From positions 3,232-35,231 of the forward strand of contig JAQVTI010000011.1 in assembly GCA_028700115.1 (NCBI GenBank): a DNA stretch of 32,000 nt, in the 5' to 3' direction. Below the pieces are notes generated by a model. The model was not told the DNA's origin. It made no database searches and saw only the letters and a list, made by a program, of their open reading frames with translations. This document shows, one piece after another, positions 30,705 to 32,000 of the stretch. Position numbers and translations under genes: made by a program. Positions within the stretch are counted from its first letter, which is position 1. Each line of letters begins with the position of its first letter. This DNA is from Candidatus Iainarchaeum sp. (GTDB taxonomy: Archaea > Iainarchaeota > Iainarchaeia > Iainarchaeales > CSSED10-239).

Positions 30705-31643
30705 ATGATAGAATATTATGATTTAGAAAAAAAAGAAATAAAAAAAATTGAAACTCCAAAAAATAATATATGGATACATCTATATAAGCCTACAGATGAA
30801 GAAATCATAAATATTTCTAAAATTTTAAAAATAAAATCAGATGATTTAGAAGATTTTAAAGAAAATATAAAATCCTTAGAAGATACCGAAGAAATTCCTT
30901 TATTAGAAAAATGGGACTCAAGATATTTTATAATTACAAGAACTCCTCAAAAAGGAACTTATCATGCAGTAGATTATTATACTCATCCTTTGGGGATAAT
31001 TATTTATAAAGAATATATTATAACCATTACATATTATAAAAATGAAACTATACAATCTATAAAAACTAAAAAATGTGGGCATTCACATATTAATTTTATT
31101 TTAAAATTATTATTACTTTCAAGTAGAAAATACTTATATTATCTAAAAGAAATTGATCGAAAAATAAAAACTGTCGAACATAATCTTGAAAATAAACAAA
31201 CAAACAAATATATTTTAGAACTTTTAAATTTAGAAAAATCATTAGTATTTTTTAGTGCTGCTTTAAATAATAATCAAATTCTTTATGAAAGAATATATAA
31301 AGTTGAAAGATTTAATTTAAAAGAAGAACATACAGAAATTATAGAAGATATTATAGATGAAAATAGACAAGCAATTCAAATGACTCAAATATATACTACA
31401 ATAATAAAAGATACATTAGATGTTTATGGGTCTGTAATTTCAAATAATTTAAATACAGTTATGAAAATTTTAACATCAATTACAATAATTATTGCAATTC
31501 CTACATTAATTGCAAGTATATATGGTATGAATGTTATTTTACCATTTCAAGGATCTAATTTTGCTTTTGAAATTATAATGATTATGTGTTTATTTTTCAC
31601 ATTTTTAATATTAACAATTTTATGGAAAAAAAAATGGTTATAA
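30705..31643 (+). CDS. corA: CorA family magnesium/cobalt transporter
   Basis: Cytoplasmic N-domain plus two C-terminal TM helices with the signature YGMNV (GMN motif) at the end of TM1. Confidence 0.85.
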   Translation: MIEYYDLEKKEIKKIETPKNNIWIHLYKPTDEEIINISKILKIKSDDLEDFKENIKSLEDTEEIPLLEKWDSRYFIITRTPQKGTYHAVDYYTHPLGIIIYKEYIITITYYKNETIQSIKTKKCGHSHINFILKLLLLSSRKYLYYLKEIDRKIKTVEHNLENKQTNKYILELLNLEKSLVFFSAALNNNQILYERIYKVERFNLKEEHTEIIEDIIDENRQAIQMTQIYTTIIKDTLDVYGSVISNNLNTVMKILTSITIIIAIPTLIASIYGMNVILPFQGSNFAFEIIMIMCLFFTFLILTILWKKKWL

Positions 31644-31645
31644 AT

Positions 31646-32000
31646 ATGGTAAATTTATATAAAAAATATACACCTAAAAAAACATTAGATTTTTCAAAAA
31701 TTATTGTATCTACAAAAATAATAAAAGCACCATTAGATCCAATTAAAAAAAAAATAATTTTACCAAGTTTAATTTTAATTAAAAATGCAATTAAAAAAAA
31801 TGGTCTTAAAAAAGAAATTATTGGAAATATAGAAATAAATTATACTTATTTTTTTAATTTAAAAAATAAATTTAAAAAAAATTTATATATTTTAAGATTA
31901 GAAAATTTTAATAAAAATAATATTTCTAATTTAAAAAAAACAATTTATTTTTTAAAAAAATTACAAAAAGAATATAATTCTAATAAAATTTATTGCCATA
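31646..32000 (+). CDS. Hypothetical Lys-rich protein, 3' end cut by the window edge (not in ORF track)
   Basis: ATG at 31646 is 2 nt after the corA stop. I read the frame codon by codon and it stays open for 118 codons to base 32000 (MVNLYKKYTPKKTLDFSKIIVSTKIIKAPLDPIKKK...). Confidence 0.45.
   Translation, partial: MVNLYKKYTPKKTLDFSKIIVSTKIIKAPLDPIKKKIILPSLILIKNAIKKNGLKKEIIGNIEINYTYFFNLKNKFKKNLYILRLENFNKNNISNLKKTIYFLKKLQKEYNSNKIYCH

Noticed and set aside
1-32000. tRNA/rRNA genes, CRISPR arrays, IS elements or prophage/integrase genes
   Set aside because: Every intergenic region is short (about 200 nt or less) and AT-rich, with no GC-rich cloverleaf-like islands. The only repeats are 2-3 copy tandem duplications without spacers. 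No transposase, integrase, Cas or phage-like motifs were recognised in any ORF.

Overview
Very AT-rich, densely coding window with no rRNA, tRNA, CRISPR array, transposase or integrase visible by eye. It looks like a small-genome archaeon, probably DPANN-like. That is an inference from six clear and one atypical archaeal-type (class III) prepilin signal peptide, a FlaJ/TadC-type platform protein, an aTrm56-like SPOUT domain and an archaeal-type endonuclease-IV-like TIM barrel. Genes recognised with good confidence are class II lysyl-tRNA synthetase, UraA-type uracil permease, CorA, glutaredoxin, an ArsR-family regulator, a 4Fe-4S ferredoxin, a GNAT acetyltransferase, a CPBP/Abi protease and a DEDD exonuclease. 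The accessory content is more interesting. (1) A RiPP-like cassette is only partly visible in the ORF track: an unlisted 41-codon ORF with a strong RBS ends 5 nt before a radical SAM/SPASM enzyme, which is followed by a 77-aa ORF. An in-frame TGA splits the enzyme's seven-Cys SPASM motif 4+3. (2) A ~7 kb type IV pilus-like locus holds the platform gene and seven pilin-like genes, including a separately terminated major-pilin plus short-pilin unit. It has no ATPase or prepilin peptidase in the window and lies next to a 1663-aa surface protein. (3) A 5'-truncated protein is built from about 30 in-phase 10-aa repeats. (4) Three 5' regions carry perfect 16-18 bp tandem duplications, and a perfect 8-2-8 palindrome sits upstream of the ArsR gene. 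(5) An endonuclease-IV-like gene is frameshifted. Several ORF-track starts are GTG/TTG codons inside Shine-Dalgarno-like GGTGA motifs, so I moved them to the downstream ATG.
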